63,794 nucleotides of DNA from an uncultured Acidaminococcales bacterium (GCA_964551985.1 CAZKFG010000004.1:1-63794), one strand, 5' to 3'; positions 34,455 to 44,037 are shown, counted from the stretch's first letter. Numbers and translations: made by a program. Notes: a model not told the origin generated them from the letters alone.

Positions 34455-35831
34455 ATGGATTTATCTAATAGTAAAAAAGCATTCAAAGCCTATGATTTAC
34501 GTGGAAAAGTACCGGAAGAACTAAATGAAGAATTAGCCTATCGTATCGGACGAGTATTTAAGACATTTTTAAATGCAAAAACTGTTGTTGTCGGACGAGA
34601 TGCTAGATTATCTGGAGAATCAATTGCAAAAGCTTTGATAGAAGGACTTACTGATGCTGGATGTAATGTAACGGATATTGGTTTATGTGGTACAGAGATG
34701 GTTTACTTTTCGACTACTTTTTTAAAAGCCGATGGTGGAATTATGGTAACGGCAAGTCATAATCCTAAAGAGTATAATGGTATGAAATTTGTTCGTGAAC
34801 AATCAAAACCAATATCAAGTGATACTGGACTCATGCAAATTGCAGAAAAATCTATAGAAGGTATATTTAAACACGAAGTAGAAAAAGGCTTAGTAAAAGG
34901 AACTGTTACAAATATCGACATGATGAAAGACTACACAGACCATTTGATGAGTTATGTTGATAAAAGCAAATTAAAACCGCTAAAAATAGTTGTAAATGCT
35001 GGTAACGGTTGTGCTGGAGCACCTCTTGATGTTTTAGAAAAACAGCTACCGTTTAAATTTATAAAAATTTTTCATCAACCTGATGGCAATTTCCCAAATG
35101 GCGTACCAAACCCCATTTTAATGCAAAATAGAGAGGCTACGGCTCAATTTGTGTTAAAAGAAAAGGCAGATTTAGGCATAGCTTGGGATGGTGATTATGA
35201 TAGATGCTTTTTGTTTGATGAAAAAGGGGAATTTATTGAAGGCTATTATATAGTTGGACTGCTTTCTGAAGCCTTTTTGCGCAAAACGCCAGGAGCTAAG
35301 ATTATTCACGATCCAAGACTTACATGGAACACGCTAGAAATAGTTGAAACATTAGGCGGATGTGCGGTAGAATGTAAGAGTGGACATGCTTTTATTAAAG
35401 AAAAACTTCGTCAAGTTGATGCAGTATATGGTGGTGAGATGTCAGCACACCATTACTTTAAAGATTTTACCTATTGTGATAGTGGAATGGTGCCTTGGCT
35501 ACTTATTACAGAGCTTTTATCAATTAGCAATAAACCATTATCTGAGCTTGTAAATGAACGCATCAAAAAATTCCCTTGCAGTGGTGAAATTAATCGCAAA
35601 GTAGATAATTCAAGTGAGATAATAGCACAGCTTAAAGAAAAATACGCTTCTAGTGGTAAACTAAACGAAACTGATGGAGTAAGTATAGAATTTGACTTAT
35701 GGCGTTTTAATGTAAGAACATCAAATACTGAGCCTGTAATGAGGCTTAACCTTGAAACAAAAGGTGATTTAAAGTTATTGCAAGAAAAAGTAGATGAAAT
35801 ACTTGCTATAATTGGTGGTCAACCAGAATAA
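34455..35831 (+). CDS. Phosphomannomutase/phosphoglucomutase (alpha-D-phosphohexomutase)
   Basis: FKAYDLRG, phosphoserine loop VTASHNPKEYNG, GIAWDGDYDR, GGEMSAHH. ATG 34455 follows GGGAGGG. The track start 34377 overlaps the rbr terminator (34335-34376) by the final T of its T-run. Confidence 0.88.
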   Translation: MDLSNSKKAFKAYDLRGKVPEELNEELAYRIGRVFKTFLNAKTVVVGRDARLSGESIAKALIEGLTDAGCNVTDIGLCGTEMVYFSTTFLKADGGIMVTASHNPKEYNGMKFVREQSKPISSDTGLMQIAEKSIEGIFKHEVEKGLVKGTVTNIDMMKDYTDHLMSYVDKSKLKPLKIVVNAGNGCAGAPLDVLEKQLPFKFIKIFHQPDGNFPNGVPNPILMQNREATAQFVLKEKADLGIAWDGDYDRCFLFDEKGEFIEGYYIVGLLSEAFLRKTPGAKIIHDPRLTWNTLEIVETLGGCAVECKSGHAFIKEKLRQVDAVYGGEMSAHHYFKDFTYCDSGMVPWLLITELLSISNKPLSELVNERIKKFPCSGEINRKVDNSSEIIAQLKEKYASSGKLNETDGVSIEFDLWRFNVRTSNTEPVMRLNLETKGDLKLLQEKVDEILAIIGGQPE

Positions 35832-35851
35832 TAAAGAGGAGTTATGGTTAA

Positions 35852-37183
35852 ATGAAAGTAATTTTTTCTGTTGGCGGTGATGGAACGAGTGTTTTTCCAT
35901 TAGCACGTACTGACTATCCTAAAGGATTTTTAAAAATATTTGATAATACTTCTTTATTTTTACAAAATGTTATGCGATTTACTTTTCTTGTAAAGCAAGA
36001 AGACATGATTGTTATCACAAACCAACAATGTGAATACTATGTAAGAAATGAGCTTATCACTGCTGGGCTTGATAAAGTGCATATTATAATTCAGCCCGTT
36101 TTTCGTGATACTTTGCCACTAATTGCTCTGGCAGTTAATTATTGTAAAACAAAACTGAACTGCCGAGAAGATGAAACTATTATAATTTCTAATACCAACA
36201 CTTTAATTAGTCCGAATAATGTCTTTTTACGTAATTTAAAACAAGGACTAGAGATGATTAACAAAGATAAAATTGTTTTATTTGGTATGAAGCCACAAAG
36301 AATAGACACATCTTATGGCTATATTAAAATAGGTGATAAATTTGCTAGTGGCTATTTAGTAGATAGTTTTAAAGAAAAACCAGATTACAGTTTTTGTAAG
36401 CAACATTGGCAAGATAAAACTTGTTATTGGAATTCTGGCATGTATCTTTTTCAAGCACATACTTTTTGGCAACAGTTACAAAATTTTGTGCCAGAAGCAA
36501 TGAGCGTTTTGGAAAAACCATACGAATTGTTGTTACAAGAGTTTGGTGCTTTGCCAGCAATATCGTTAAAATGTGATTTTTTGGGAAAAATAGATAATCT
36601 AAGCATGATAATATTAAATTGTTTTTGTGATGATATAAACAGTTTAGATAATGTATATGAGATTATGAATAAAGACTTTGATGGAAATGCCACAAATAAT
36701 GACAATGCACTGATAATAGAATGTAAAAATTCATTATTTATAAGTAGTAAAAGACTTCTTACAGGCATTGGACTTGAAGATTTACTGGTTGTTGAATCGG
36801 ATGATGTTGTTTTAGTTGCTAAAAAAGGTCAGTCAGACAAAGTTCAGGAACTGCTTCAGCTTGCAAAAGAGCAAAATAGACCTGAACCGAGTAGTACAAA
36901 TATTGTAGGCAAACACTGGGGCTATTATACTATTTTGGAAAAAGCTGGTAACTATATAATAAGGCGTGTTGTAATCTTACCTGGTATGAGCATGCAAGAG
37001 CATTTAAATGAAACTTGTAGTGAGCATTGGGTTGTGACCTCTGGCTGTGGAAAAGTTATAATTGACGACAAAGAAATAGTAATTGAAAAAAATCAAAGTA
37101 CTTTTGTGCCTGCTAAAACAAGACATTCGATAATAAATACAGGAACAGAGATTTTAGAGCTTATTGAAGTGCAAAACGAATAG
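35852..37183 (+). CDS. ManC/CpsB-like protein (mannose-1-P guanylyltransferase + cupin) with degenerate catalytic motifs
   Basis: Collinear with remembered E. coli ManC (GYGYI, YWNSGMYLF, EHWVV..IEVQ). However GGSGxRLWP is GGDGTSVFP, AADH is NTNT, and QMHHHRAEHW is QEHLNETCSEHW. Confidence 0.6.
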   Translation: MKVIFSVGGDGTSVFPLARTDYPKGFLKIFDNTSLFLQNVMRFTFLVKQEDMIVITNQQCEYYVRNELITAGLDKVHIIIQPVFRDTLPLIALAVNYCKTKLNCREDETIIISNTNTLISPNNVFLRNLKQGLEMINKDKIVLFGMKPQRIDTSYGYIKIGDKFASGYLVDSFKEKPDYSFCKQHWQDKTCYWNSGMYLFQAHTFWQQLQNFVPEAMSVLEKPYELLLQEFGALPAISLKCDFLGKIDNLSMIILNCFCDDINSLDNVYEIMNKDFDGNATNNDNALIIECKNSLFISSKRLLTGIGLEDLLVVESDDVVLVAKKGQSDKVQELLQLAKEQNRPEPSSTNIVGKHWGYYTILEKAGNYIIRRVVILPGMSMQEHLNETCSEHWVVTSGCGKVIIDDKEIVIEKNQSTFVPAKTRHSIINTGTEILELIEVQNE

Positions 37184-37200
37184 TATACTAGGTGATAAAA

Positions 37201-38061
37201 ATGAAAAAAATTAAAAAGGTTGTCATTCCAGCCGCTGGTATGGGGACAAGGTTTTTACCTGTAACCAAAGCACAGCCTAAAGAAATGATACCTATAGTTG
37301 ATAAGCCAACAATTCAATATATTATAGAAGAAGCTCTCGCTTCGGGAATTGAAGAAATTCTTATAATAACAGGCAGAAATAAACGTGCTATTGAAGACCA
37401 TTTTGATAAATCTGTAGAGTTAGAATTAATGCTAGAAAAGCAAGGTAAAGATGATCTTTTGCAAATGGTGCGTGATATTGCAGATATTCCTATTCATTAT
37501 ATAAGGCAAAAAGAAGCTTTGGGTTTAGGTCATGCTATTTTTTGTGCTAAAGAATTTGTTGGCAATGAGCCTTTTGCAGTAATGCTTGGCGATGACATAG
37601 TCGACGCAGATACTCCTTGCTTAAAGCAGCTTATGCAAGTATACGAAGAATACAAAAGTAGTGTTTTGGGCGTACAAGAAGTAGAGCAGCAGGCGGTTGT
37701 AAACTATGGCATTGTTCAACCTAGCATAATAAAAGAAAATCTTTGGCAAGTGAAAGGTTTGCTCGAAAAGCCAAGGATACAAGAAGCGCCATCTAATCTT
37801 GCTATTTTAGGAAGGTATATAATACAGCCGGAAATTTTCCGTTTTTTGGCTAATGCAAAACCTGGAAAAGGCGGGGAAATTCAGCTTACAGATGCTCTTG
37901 TAGAACTTGCCAAAACAAAACCAATGTATGCCTATCAATTTTCTGGTAGACGATATGATATTGGTAACAAACAAGGATTTTTGCAAGCCACAGTGGAGTT
38001 TGCTCTCAAAGATGAAGAACTAAAAGAGGAGTTTGTTGCTTATTTGCGCAAACTTTTATAG
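37201..38061 (+). CDS. galU: UTP--glucose-1-phosphate uridylyltransferase
   Basis: KVVIPAAGMGTRFLPVTKAQPKEM, GLGHA, LGDD and EKP motifs. ATG 37201 follows AGGTGA. Confidence 0.9.
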   Translation: MKKIKKVVIPAAGMGTRFLPVTKAQPKEMIPIVDKPTIQYIIEEALASGIEEILIITGRNKRAIEDHFDKSVELELMLEKQGKDDLLQMVRDIADIPIHYIRQKEALGLGHAIFCAKEFVGNEPFAVMLGDDIVDADTPCLKQLMQVYEEYKSSVLGVQEVEQQAVVNYGIVQPSIIKENLWQVKGLLEKPRIQEAPSNLAILGRYIIQPEIFRFLANAKPGKGGEIQLTDALVELAKTKPMYAYQFSGRRYDIGNKQGFLQATVEFALKDEELKEEFVAYLRKLL

Positions 38062-38093
38062 AGATAAATTATAGATAGTAGGTGGTGGATTTT

Positions 38094-39563
38094 ATGACAG
38101 AAGAAAATATATTAAAAAATCGCACGCAAATAATATTTGACTATCAAAATTTGTACGGACAAGGAAAAATAACCAAAGATGATATAAAAGATATATCTTT
38201 ACAAATAGAAAAAGCGGCTTTAGCAATAAAAACAATGCGCCAAACAGGCGTTATAAAAGGGCATTTATCAAAAGATGGCTTGCCTGAGAAGGTATTATTT
38301 AGTCAGCTTCCCTATATTAAAGATGGAAATATCAATACTCTAGGTACTATAGAGCAATTAATTAAGTTTGGTAAATCATTAAAATATACTACCGATACAG
38401 TAATATCTTTTGGTATAGGCGGATCTTTTTTAGGTAATAAAGTGTTGTTTGATGTGGGCTGCGGTGAATTTTGGAACCAACAAACTGTAAGCCAAAGAAA
38501 TGGTTATCCTAAACTTTATTTTAGTGGCAATAATGTTGATGCGGCGAGTACAACAGCATTATTACAAACTATTATAAGCGCGGCGCAAAACAGCAATCTT
38601 AAAAGACCTTATAAAGTGGTGATGCTTGTAAACTCTAAATCAGGCTCTACTCTTGAAACGATGGCTTGTTTTATGTATATGTTGCAAGAGTTTAAAAAAT
38701 ATGAAGATATAATAACAGTTAAAATAGTTGCTGTAACCGACCCTACTTGTGGCGACAAGCAAACTTTGTTGCATCGCTTAGCAGAACAAAATAACTGGGA
38801 GCTTTTTAGAGTACCTGATGGTGTTGGCGGTAGGTTCAGTGTATTTAGTGATGTTGGGCTTGTTAGTGCTGTTGCCACAGGACTTGATATAAAAGAATTT
38901 TTACAAGGTGCTAAAGATATGGACGAAGCGTGTCAAAGTGACGACGTTTTTGAAAATATGGCATTGCTTAATGCTACTTTAAAATTTATTGCAGGTAAAA
39001 AATACAATAGAACAATAGAAGTATTTATGCCTTATGCTGACAGTTTAAAATCTTTGTCCGAGTGGTATATCCAGCTACTTGCCGAATCGCTTGGCAAAGA
39101 AAAAAATCGCAATGGCGATAAAGTATATTATGGTCGTACCCCAATTGTTGCAGTTGGCACAACTGATATGCACGCCCAGACACAACAGCATCAAGAAGGA
39201 ATGTATGATAAAGTTGTTCAATTTATAAAAATAGATGACTGGGACAAAAATCCTATAATTCCTAATCTATTTAAAGATGAGAAAGTTTTGCAAGACATGT
39301 CTCAAGTAAGCTTTGGCGATGCTTTAAAGGCAGCGCTTGACTCTAATGCTCAAGCTTTAATAAGCAACAAAAGATTTAATGCTACATTTATTTTGCCAAA
39401 AATTAATTTATATTATGTGGGAGCGCTAATGTATATGCTTTGCCTTTCCGTTGCTTATGAGGGTGAGCTAGCTGATATTGATGCGTTTGATCAACCAGGG
39501 GTAGAAGCATACAAGATAATTTTAAAGAGCAAGTTAAGTGAAATGCAAAAGCAAGTGAGATAA
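38094..39563 (+). CDS. pgi: Glucose-6-phosphate isomerase
   Basis: ISFGIGGSFLG, NSKSGSTLET, GGRFSVFS and GTTDMHAQTQQHQEG motifs. GTG 38082 is an alternative start. Confidence 0.82.
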   Translation: MTEENILKNRTQIIFDYQNLYGQGKITKDDIKDISLQIEKAALAIKTMRQTGVIKGHLSKDGLPEKVLFSQLPYIKDGNINTLGTIEQLIKFGKSLKYTTDTVISFGIGGSFLGNKVLFDVGCGEFWNQQTVSQRNGYPKLYFSGNNVDAASTTALLQTIISAAQNSNLKRPYKVVMLVNSKSGSTLETMACFMYMLQEFKKYEDIITVKIVAVTDPTCGDKQTLLHRLAEQNNWELFRVPDGVGGRFSVFSDVGLVSAVATGLDIKEFLQGAKDMDEACQSDDVFENMALLNATLKFIAGKKYNRTIEVFMPYADSLKSLSEWYIQLLAESLGKEKNRNGDKVYYGRTPIVAVGTTDMHAQTQQHQEGMYDKVVQFIKIDDWDKNPIIPNLFKDEKVLQDMSQVSFGDALKAALDSNAQALISNKRFNATFILPKINLYYVGALMYMLCLSVAYEGELADIDAFDQPGVEAYKIILKSKLSEMQKQVR

Positions 39564-39566
39564 AAC

Positions 39567-40199
39567 ATGAAGATTCTAATTGCAAATGATAATAGCTTTG
39601 AAACTGAAGGAATTAAAAAGATACTGAAAGAACAAGAAAACACAGATGTTTTTTCTGTTGATAGTATTGATAATATAATAAATGCTCAACCAGATATTTT
39701 GGTTATGGATATAACTTTTATTAAAAATAGAGCTGAGCAGATAAAAAAGTTAGATTACTTTAATTTTAAAACGATAATTATCATAAATAGCAATCAAGAG
39801 ATTTTGTGTGATAGCGTTTTTGCCAAACTAAAAATATCAGCATGCCTCTTAAAAACAACTTCTGTAACAGAACTTATTCATGCTGTAAATAAAATAGTTG
39901 CAAACAATTGTTATATTACCTCAACTTTGAAAAACTATTTATTTATTGCAAATATAAAAGACAAAGCGTATCTTAAAATACATACAAAGCAAAATGCAAG
40001 ATGTCTTACAGCAAGAGAAGTGGAAGTTTTACAAATGATAGCTACGGGTAAAAGTAATATACAAATTGCCGAGGACCTTTTCCTTAGTGAAAAAACAGTC
40101 AAAAATCATTTGACAAGTATATTTAAAAAACTAAAAGTAACAGACAGAACGCAAGCACTTATTTATGCTTTGAAAAACAACATTGTTTCATTAACATAA
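39567..40199 (+). CDS. LuxR/NarL-type response-regulator-like transcription factor, no adjacent kinase
   Basis: Receiver-like N-domain (ILIANDN.., DILVMDI, LLKT). C-terminal HTH LTAREVEVLQMIATGKSNIQIAEDLFLSEKTVKNHLTSIFKKL. Confidence 0.75.
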   Translation: MKILIANDNSFETEGIKKILKEQENTDVFSVDSIDNIINAQPDILVMDITFIKNRAEQIKKLDYFNFKTIIIINSNQEILCDSVFAKLKISACLLKTTSVTELIHAVNKIVANNCYITSTLKNYLFIANIKDKAYLKIHTKQNARCLTAREVEVLQMIATGKSNIQIAEDLFLSEKTVKNHLTSIFKKLKVTDRTQALIYALKNNIVSLT

Positions 40200-40222
40200 A
40201 ACCCGCCTTGTGCGGGTTTTTT
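40198..40222 (+). terminator. Intrinsic terminator directly abutting the ABC-F ribosome-binding site
   Basis: aaaacccgc-cttgt-gcgggtttttt. The SD AGGAG starts 3 nt later. Confidence 0.75.
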
Positions 40223-40234
40223 ATAGGAGATAAA

Positions 40235-42109
40235 ATGACTATTACAGTAGAAAATCTAGAAAAAAATTTTGGCGGAACAAACGTTTTTAAAAATGTTTGT
40301 TTTACAATAGAAAAAAATGACAAAATAGGCATTGTTGGTGATAATGGTGAAGGCAAGACAACCTTAATGAACATTTTGCTTGGCTTACAAGATTATGATA
40401 AAGGAAATATAAAGATAAACCCTTTTAGCAAAATCGGTTACGCCGAACAAAATCCTACCTTAATAGATGGTACATTGTGGGAACAACTTTTATCAGCGTG
40501 TAGTCATATTGTGGATTTAAAAGAGAAAATTGCTATTATAGAAAAAACTATTAGCAAAGAAGTAGATAGTCAAATGTTAGAAAAGCATTTGCACCAATAT
40601 GCTAATATGCAGCACGAATATGAAAGTATTGGTGGCTATAGCTACGAGCAACAAGCAAGAAAAATTGCTTTTGGTCTGGGCTTTTGCCAAGAAGATTTCG
40701 CAAAACACGTGCAATCTTTTTCAGGTGGACAAAAAACTAGAATGATTTTAGCGGCAGCACTTTTTGGCGAACCGGATTTTTTGTTTTTAGATGAACCTAC
40801 AAATCATTTAGATATTAAAATGACTCAGTGGTTGGAGGAATATTTAGCTGCATTTAATGGTAGTGTAGTCGTAATATCACATGACCGTTATTTTTTAGAT
40901 AAAGTTGCAACGAAAATTTTGCATCTAGAAAACGGTAATGCCAAATTGTACAAAGGCAATTACAGCCAATTTGTAGAGCAAAAAGCTTTGCGCGATAAAA
41001 GCCAGCTTGCAGCTTACCAAAAACAGCAAGAACATATCGAAAAAACTACCGAATATATAAGACGATATAAAGCTGGCATTAAAAGTAAGCAAGCACGAGG
41101 TCGACAATCGCAATTAAATAGACTTGAAAGAATAGCATTGCCAAATTCTAAGCAAAATCTATCTTTGACTTTACCTACTCCAGAAAAGTGCTCTGACAAA
41201 GTATTAATGCTCGAAAAACTAACAATAGGCTATCAAAAACCTATTATAAAAGATATTAATTTGCTTTTTAAAAATGGCGATAAAACCGCACTTATTGGTG
41301 ATAATGGCACAGGAAAAACTACTTTACTAAAAACCATAATAGAACAAATAACTCCGCTGTCAGGCAAATCAATTATTGGTAGCAGAGTAAAGGTAGGCTA
41401 TTTTTCTCAGGGACACGATCATTTATATGGCAGTCAGACTATTTTACAACATATTTGCCAAGAATACTCTTTATCAGAAGAATATTCACGTACAATACTT
41501 GGCGGTATGCAATTTAGAAATGATGATGTGTTTAAAGAGCTTGATAAACTCTCTGGTGGCGAGAGGGCAAGAATAGCGCTTTTAAAACTACTGCTTGATG
41601 GAGCTAATTTTTTGATTCTTGACGAACCGACAAACCACTTGGACATATCAACAAAGCAAACGGTAGAAGATGCTTTAGCTGCTTGGGAAGGTAGCGTACT
41701 TATAGTTAGCCATGATAGGTATTTGCTAAATAAACTAGCTAATCGTATTTGGGCAATAGAAGATAACTCTATTACAGATTATTTTGGTGGTTATGAATAT
41801 TATTTGCAAAAAATAACTCAAAAAGATTTACAACAACCTCAAAAAATCCTTACTAATAAAGAAACAAAAAAAATAGTCACAAATAAAAAAACTATTGATG
41901 TGCAAAAAAAGCTAGATAAAATAGAATTATCTCTACGAGAACAAGAAGCTTTTTTAAAGGTATTAGAAAAGCGTATATCTGACCCTAACGAACATCTAGA
42001 TTTAGATAACAGTAAAAATCTAGCCCTAGAACACGAGTGTTTGCAACAAAAAATTAACGACTTAATGGAAGATTGGGAAAGATTGTTGGATTTATCAGAC
42101 CAAGGTTAA
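40235..42109 (+). CDS. ABC-F family ATPase (two NBDs, interdomain linker, C-terminal coiled coil; no TMD)
   Basis: Two Walker A motifs (GDNGEGKTT, GDNGTGKTT), two signatures (FSGGQKTR, LSGGERAR), a Q/K/R-rich linker and a charged helical tail. Confidence 0.88.
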   Translation: MTITVENLEKNFGGTNVFKNVCFTIEKNDKIGIVGDNGEGKTTLMNILLGLQDYDKGNIKINPFSKIGYAEQNPTLIDGTLWEQLLSACSHIVDLKEKIAIIEKTISKEVDSQMLEKHLHQYANMQHEYESIGGYSYEQQARKIAFGLGFCQEDFAKHVQSFSGGQKTRMILAAALFGEPDFLFLDEPTNHLDIKMTQWLEEYLAAFNGSVVVISHDRYFLDKVATKILHLENGNAKLYKGNYSQFVEQKALRDKSQLAAYQKQQEHIEKTTEYIRRYKAGIKSKQARGRQSQLNRLERIALPNSKQNLSLTLPTPEKCSDKVLMLEKLTIGYQKPIIKDINLLFKNGDKTALIGDNGTGKTTLLKTIIEQITPLSGKSIIGSRVKVGYFSQGHDHLYGSQTILQHICQEYSLSEEYSRTILGGMQFRNDDVFKELDKLSGGERARIALLKLLLDGANFLILDEPTNHLDISTKQTVEDALAAWEGSVLIVSHDRYLLNKLANRIWAIEDNSITDYFGGYEYYLQKITQKDLQQPQKILTNKETKKIVTNKKTIDVQKKLDKIELSLREQEAFLKVLEKRISDPNEHLDLDNSKNLALEHECLQQKINDLMEDWERLLDLSDQG

Positions 42110-42168
42110 GAAAAGTGAGTCATACTACGATATAATATATATAAAATAAAAAAAGAGGTGAAACTTTT

Positions 42169-42363
42169 ATGGGAGTAGATGCAACTGTATCAATGGCAAT
42201 TGCAATGCAACAACAATCTCTGAGAGAACAAGTAAGTTTTGGTGTTACCAAAATGGCGATAGATAGAATGGAACAATTTGGACAAGACATTACACAAATG
42301 ATGGATGAATCAGCAATAGCAGTTGATCCTAATCTTGGTAATTTAGTAGATATAATAGCTTAG
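42169..42363 (+). CDS. YjfB-like small protein ('putative motility protein' family)
   Basis: 64 aa. ..SMAIAMQQQSLREQVSFGVTKMAIDRMEQ..DPNLGNLVDIIA resembles B. subtilis YjfB (from memory). RBS AGAGGTG. Confidence 0.6.
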   Translation: MGVDATVSMAIAMQQQSLREQVSFGVTKMAIDRMEQFGQDITQMMDESAIAVDPNLGNLVDIIA

Positions 42364-42384
42364 ACTAATGATTTTGTTTTAAAT

Positions 42385-42417
42385 AAAAACAGACATTTAA
42401 AATAATGTCTGTTTTTT
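42385..42417 (+). terminator. Terminator after the yjfB-like gene
   Basis: aaaaacagacatt-taaaat-aatgtctgtttttt. Confidence 0.8.
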
Positions 42418-42437
42418 CATACAGTAAAATAAAAAGA

Positions 42438-42468
42438 TTGACCTAGAGTTCACTTTAACAATTAAAAT
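42438..42468 (+). promoter_or_regulatory. MerR-type promoter (19-bp spacer) upstream of the DUF362 gene
   Basis: TTGACC-TAGAGTTCACTTTAACAAT-TAAAAT. The spacer shares TAGAG.T.ACT.TA with the merR promoter at 43980-44010. Confidence 0.5.
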
Positions 42469-42508
42469 AAAACTATGATAAAATTTTTATAGGAAAGAAA
42501 GTGATTAT

Positions 42509-43525
42509 ATGCTCATAGCCAAAAAGAAAATCGTCAGTATAATTTTCATCTCTATAACTTTTATATGCTTAGGTGGTTTGGCATTTGCGACCTTAAATGA
42601 AAAAACAGAGAAAATAGAAAATTTAGATAAAATTAAAAATATTGCAACAGACAAAAAAGCTATAGTTTATTTTACCAAAGATATTAGCCCAGAAGGACTA
42701 CTAAAAGCCTATGCCAAAATAAATAAAACAATCGATGGCAAAGTTGCTATAAAAATACACACAGGTGAACCCAATGGTCCTAATATATTGCCAAGAGAGA
42801 TGGTAAAAGCATTGCAACAAAGCATACCAAATAGCAAACTTGTCGAAACAAACACTCTTTATGAAGGCGCCCGCCAGACAACAGCAAAACACAGAGAAAC
42901 GTTAAAGATTAATGGCTGGGACTTTTGTGAAGTAGATATAATGGACGAAGATGGTGCTGTTATGCTCCCTATTAAAGGCGGAAAGCACTTTAAAGAGATG
43001 TCTATTGCCAAAAATATGCTAAATTATGATTCCATGGTAGTTTTGACACATTTTAAAGGTCATTCTATGGGTGGCTTTGGTGGCTCTTTAAAAAATATAG
43101 CTATTGGCTGTGCAGACGGTCCTGTTGGCAAAAAAATCATTCATGGTGCAGTAAATTCCACAGAATACTCGACATGGACTAGAGGAGCACGTTTTCAAGA
43201 AAATATGGTAGAATCCGCCAAAGCTACAGTTGATCACTTTAAAGATAAAATCATCTATATCAATGTATTGAGAAATATGTCAGTTGATTGTGACTGTGCT
43301 GGAGTTGGTGCGGCAAAGCCGACTGCACCTGATATTGGGATACTTGTCTCGACAGATATATTAGCTGTTGATCAAGTATCTATTGACATGATATACGCCT
43401 TAGAAGAAAAACATAAACACGATTTGCAACAACGTATAGAATCACGAGAAGGGCTAAGACAACTTACGTATATGAAAGAAATGAACATGGGCAGTGATAA
43501 ATATGAATTAGTTTTATTAGATTAA
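42509..43525 (+). CDS. DUF362-like protein (COG2768-type) with N-terminal membrane anchor
   Basis: TM IVSIIFISITFICLGGLAFA. IKIHTGEPNGPN, THFKGHSMGGFGGSLKNIAIGC and VDCDC motifs as remembered for DUF362. Confidence 0.55.
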   Translation: MLIAKKKIVSIIFISITFICLGGLAFATLNEKTEKIENLDKIKNIATDKKAIVYFTKDISPEGLLKAYAKINKTIDGKVAIKIHTGEPNGPNILPREMVKALQQSIPNSKLVETNTLYEGARQTTAKHRETLKINGWDFCEVDIMDEDGAVMLPIKGGKHFKEMSIAKNMLNYDSMVVLTHFKGHSMGGFGGSLKNIAIGCADGPVGKKIIHGAVNSTEYSTWTRGARFQENMVESAKATVDHFKDKIIYINVLRNMSVDCDCAGVGAAKPTAPDIGILVSTDILAVDQVSIDMIYALEEKHKHDLQQRIESREGLRQLTYMKEMNMGSDKYELVLLD

Positions 43526-43556
43526 AAATAGCTAGGCTTTAGCCTAGCTATTTTTT
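43524..43556. terminator. Bidirectional terminator between the DUF362 gene and merR
   Basis: aaaaatagctaggc-ttta-gcctagctattttttt. Overlaps the merR stop codon. Confidence 0.8.
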
Positions 43557-43939
43557 TGCTGTAATAATTTTAATTTATTTTCCGCTGGTTTTAAAATATC
43601 TTGATAATTTTCAATTTTGTAATCTAATCGTTGCAAAGTATCTTGTAACTGTGAAATCTTAAAGGCAAGTTTCTCGCGCTCATTTCTCAAAATAGCCATT
43701 CTAGCAGATGCTGTTTTTTCGCCTTGAGCAAACAAAGAAATATACTCTATAAGAACTTCAACAGGTATCCCAGCGCTACGCATACACTTAACAAACTCAA
43801 TCCAGCGACAATCCTCGTCAGTATAGTTTCTAATACCAGAACTGCTACGATTTATATGTGGTATCAAACCTATTTTTTCGTAATAACGCAAAGTATCCAA
43901 AGAAATATCAAACTTTTTACTAACCTCTGAAATAATCAT
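43544..43939 (-). CDS. MerR-family transcriptional regulator (AdhR/NmlR-like subgroup)
   Basis: HTH ..LDTLRYYEKIGLI..SGIRNY. WIEFVKCMRSAGI with a single conserved Cys. C-terminal dimerisation coiled coil. 131 aa. Confidence 0.8.
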   Translation of the reverse strand: MIISEVSKKFDISLDTLRYYEKIGLIPHINRSSSGIRNYTDEDCRWIEFVKCMRSAGIPVEVLIEYISLFAQGEKTASARMAILRNEREKLAFKISQLQDTLQRLDYKIENYQDILKPAENKLKLLQQKNS

Positions 43940-43979
43940 ATAAATACTCCTTTAACCAAACTAAAAAATGCTTTTATAT

Positions 43980-44010
43980 ATAATATTGCCTAGAGTAAGC
44001 TCTAAGTCAA
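43980..44010 (-). promoter_or_regulatory. MerR-type autoregulatory promoter (19-bp spacer with dyad)
   Basis: The minus strand reads TTGACT-TAGAGCTTACTCTAGGCAA-TATTAT. Dyad is TAGAG-CTTA-CTCTA. Confidence 0.5.
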
Positions 44011-44037
44011 GCAAAAAATTATTTTTACAAATAAACT

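Noticed and set aside
43724-43930. 68-aa plus-strand ORF
   Set aside because: It is antisense to the merR gene, which has clear HTH motifs.
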